Below, one piece after another: positions 62,988 through 64,000 of a stretch of 64,000 nt of DNA. The DNA comes from an uncultured Pseudanabaenaceae cyanobacterium. GTDB lineage: Bacteria > Cyanobacteriota > Cyanobacteriia > PCC-9006 > JAAUQQ01. The stretch covers positions 1,111 through 65,110 of the forward strand of contig CALIGI010000082.1 in NCBI GenBank assembly GCA_938021205.1, in the 5' to 3' direction. The notes under the pieces are model-generated. The model was not told the DNA's origin and made no database searches. It saw nothing but the letters and a program-made list of their open reading frames with translations. The translations under genes were made by a program, and so were the position numbers. Numbering within the stretch: the first letter of the stretch is position 1; the number at the start of each line of letters is the position of its first letter.

Positions 62988-64000
62988 TTACTGAGCTTGG
63001 ATGACCACGTCGCTGGCATCAACGGGCTCAACCTTGCCTTCGCGCTCTAGCACCAGTTGGAGCATTGCTGTGGCTTCTCCACGGGTGGCGGGTCGTGTGG
63101 CCTCTAGATCTGTGGTGCTGTTGGGGTTCACCACGAGGCCTTCCTGGAGGGTTGCAGCGACTTGACCTTTGGCCCAGTCTGGAACGCCTTCGATGTTGTA
63201 ACCATTGAGGATGGCATCTGGATCTTCTGGAGAGGTGAGGTTCAAACCACTGGCCAGAGTCACAAAGACCTGCCAGCGAGGAATTTGCTCACCGGGGCGG
63301 AAGGCTAGGCCGCTGTCGGTGGCATAACCGCTCATGAATCCGGCGTTGCTGGCCCCTGCAATGCCCTGGGCTGCCCAGAACGTTTCGTCGATGTCATCAA
63401 ACTCGCTAGCAGCGATGGCAGCATCGCCGTTGGCCTGCTCAGCCTCGTTAATGAGAGCTGCAAATTCGGCACGGGTCACGGGAGCATCAATGTCGAATGC
63501 TGCCGCTGCTTCGCCTGTGCCATCGGGGGTGGGCAAGGCACCAAAGCGTTCTGCCTCGGTGAGGGACTGAGCAAAGGGAGCGACCCAGGAATCTGCCGCG
63601 ACTTCGGGAACGCTTGTATCTAGGGCTTCGGAGGCGACTTGAAGGGGAGCCGCTGCTTCTGTTTCGGGAGGAGCTGTTTCGGGGGTGGTTGCTTCAGGAG
63701 GAGTTGCTTCAGGCTCAGGTGTGGGAATGGTCGCTTCAGTGGTGACAGCAGCTTCAGTGGGCACTTCAGCCGCATCTGTTCCGGAAGCAGCTCCAGCAGC
63801 GATCGCTCCTCCAGCAGCGGCGACACCAGCAACTTGACCTCGGCTAGGCAATAGGCTCACGCCGCTGTCTTTGTCACCCAGAGCATTGCCAAGGTTGGCA
63901 GAAGGAGAGGAGAGTTTACCTGTATTGCCTGCAACCTCGACGGAGGCTTTGTCTAGATCCGTTTCTACCTTTGCTTCGCCATTGCCGGTTGCGATCGCGA
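62988..64000 (-). CDS. SLH-domain protein (5'-partial; ORF open to the window edge)
   Basis: SLH-like repeats: FDDIDETFWAAQGIAGASNAGFMSGY...FRPGEQIPRWQ and VPDWAKGQVAATLQEGLV...TRPATRGEATAML. Hand translation shows no stop between 63860 and 64000. Confidence 0.7.
   Translation of the reverse strand, partial: AIATGNGEAKVETDLDKASVEVAGNTGKLSSPSANLGNALGDKDSGVSLLPSRGQVAGVAAAGGAIAAGAASGTDAAEVPTEAAVTTEATIPTPEPEATPPEATTPETAPPETEAAAPLQVASEALDTSVPEVAADSWVAPFAQSLTEAERFGALPTPDGTGEAAAAFDIDAPVTRAEFAALINEAEQANGDAAIAASEFDDIDETFWAAQGIAGASNAGFMSGYATDSGLAFRPGEQIPRWQVFVTLASGLNLTSPEDPDAILNGYNIEGVPDWAKGQVAATLQEGLVVNPNSTTDLEATRPATRGEATAMLQLVLEREGKVEPVDASDVVIQAQ

Overview
This window looks like a cyanobacterial chromosomal segment. 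The HIP1 octamer GCGATCGC is scattered through genes and spacers, photosystem I genes psaI and psaL are present, and there are no rRNA genes, tRNA genes, CRISPR arrays or transposases that I could recognise. Most of the window is ordinary housekeeping: 2Fe-2S and 4Fe-4S ferredoxins, a thermonuclease-like lipoprotein, an inositol monophosphatase, a J-domain/TPR protein, hisZ, pdxA, SUI1/YciH, PrxQ/BCP, mlaE, a BI-1/YccA homologue, msrB, an adenosine deaminase and a LOG-family protein. Cell-surface and motility functions are strongly represented. They include three tandem GT2 glycosyltransferases (HpsE-G-like), an orphan ShlB/FhaC-type transporter, an LCP protein, an SLH protein and a Roadblock-GTPase-PATAN (MglB/MglA-like) cluster. 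A complete Pil/Hmp(Tax3)-type chemosensory operon is present (PatA-type RR, CheY, CheW, MCP, hybrid CheA, extra CheW), plus an additional PatA paralogue whose receiver lacks the phospho-acceptor Asp. The most unusual region is about 33.7-42.5 kb. A phosphorelay cassette there consists of an OmpR-type regulator fused to Hpt and extra receiver domains, a GAF-PAS membrane histidine kinase, and a stand-alone receiver. Four copies of a 19-nt TCACA-N6-TCACA box surround this cassette. Three boxes sit exactly 9 nt upstream of -10-like hexamers and precede uncharacterised small genes, including a duplicated Zn-ribbon plus roughly 117-aa gene pair. The fourth points at an ORF-less stretch ending in a strong terminator, which is a candidate sRNA. 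All functional calls rest on motif recognition by eye, and no database searches were run.
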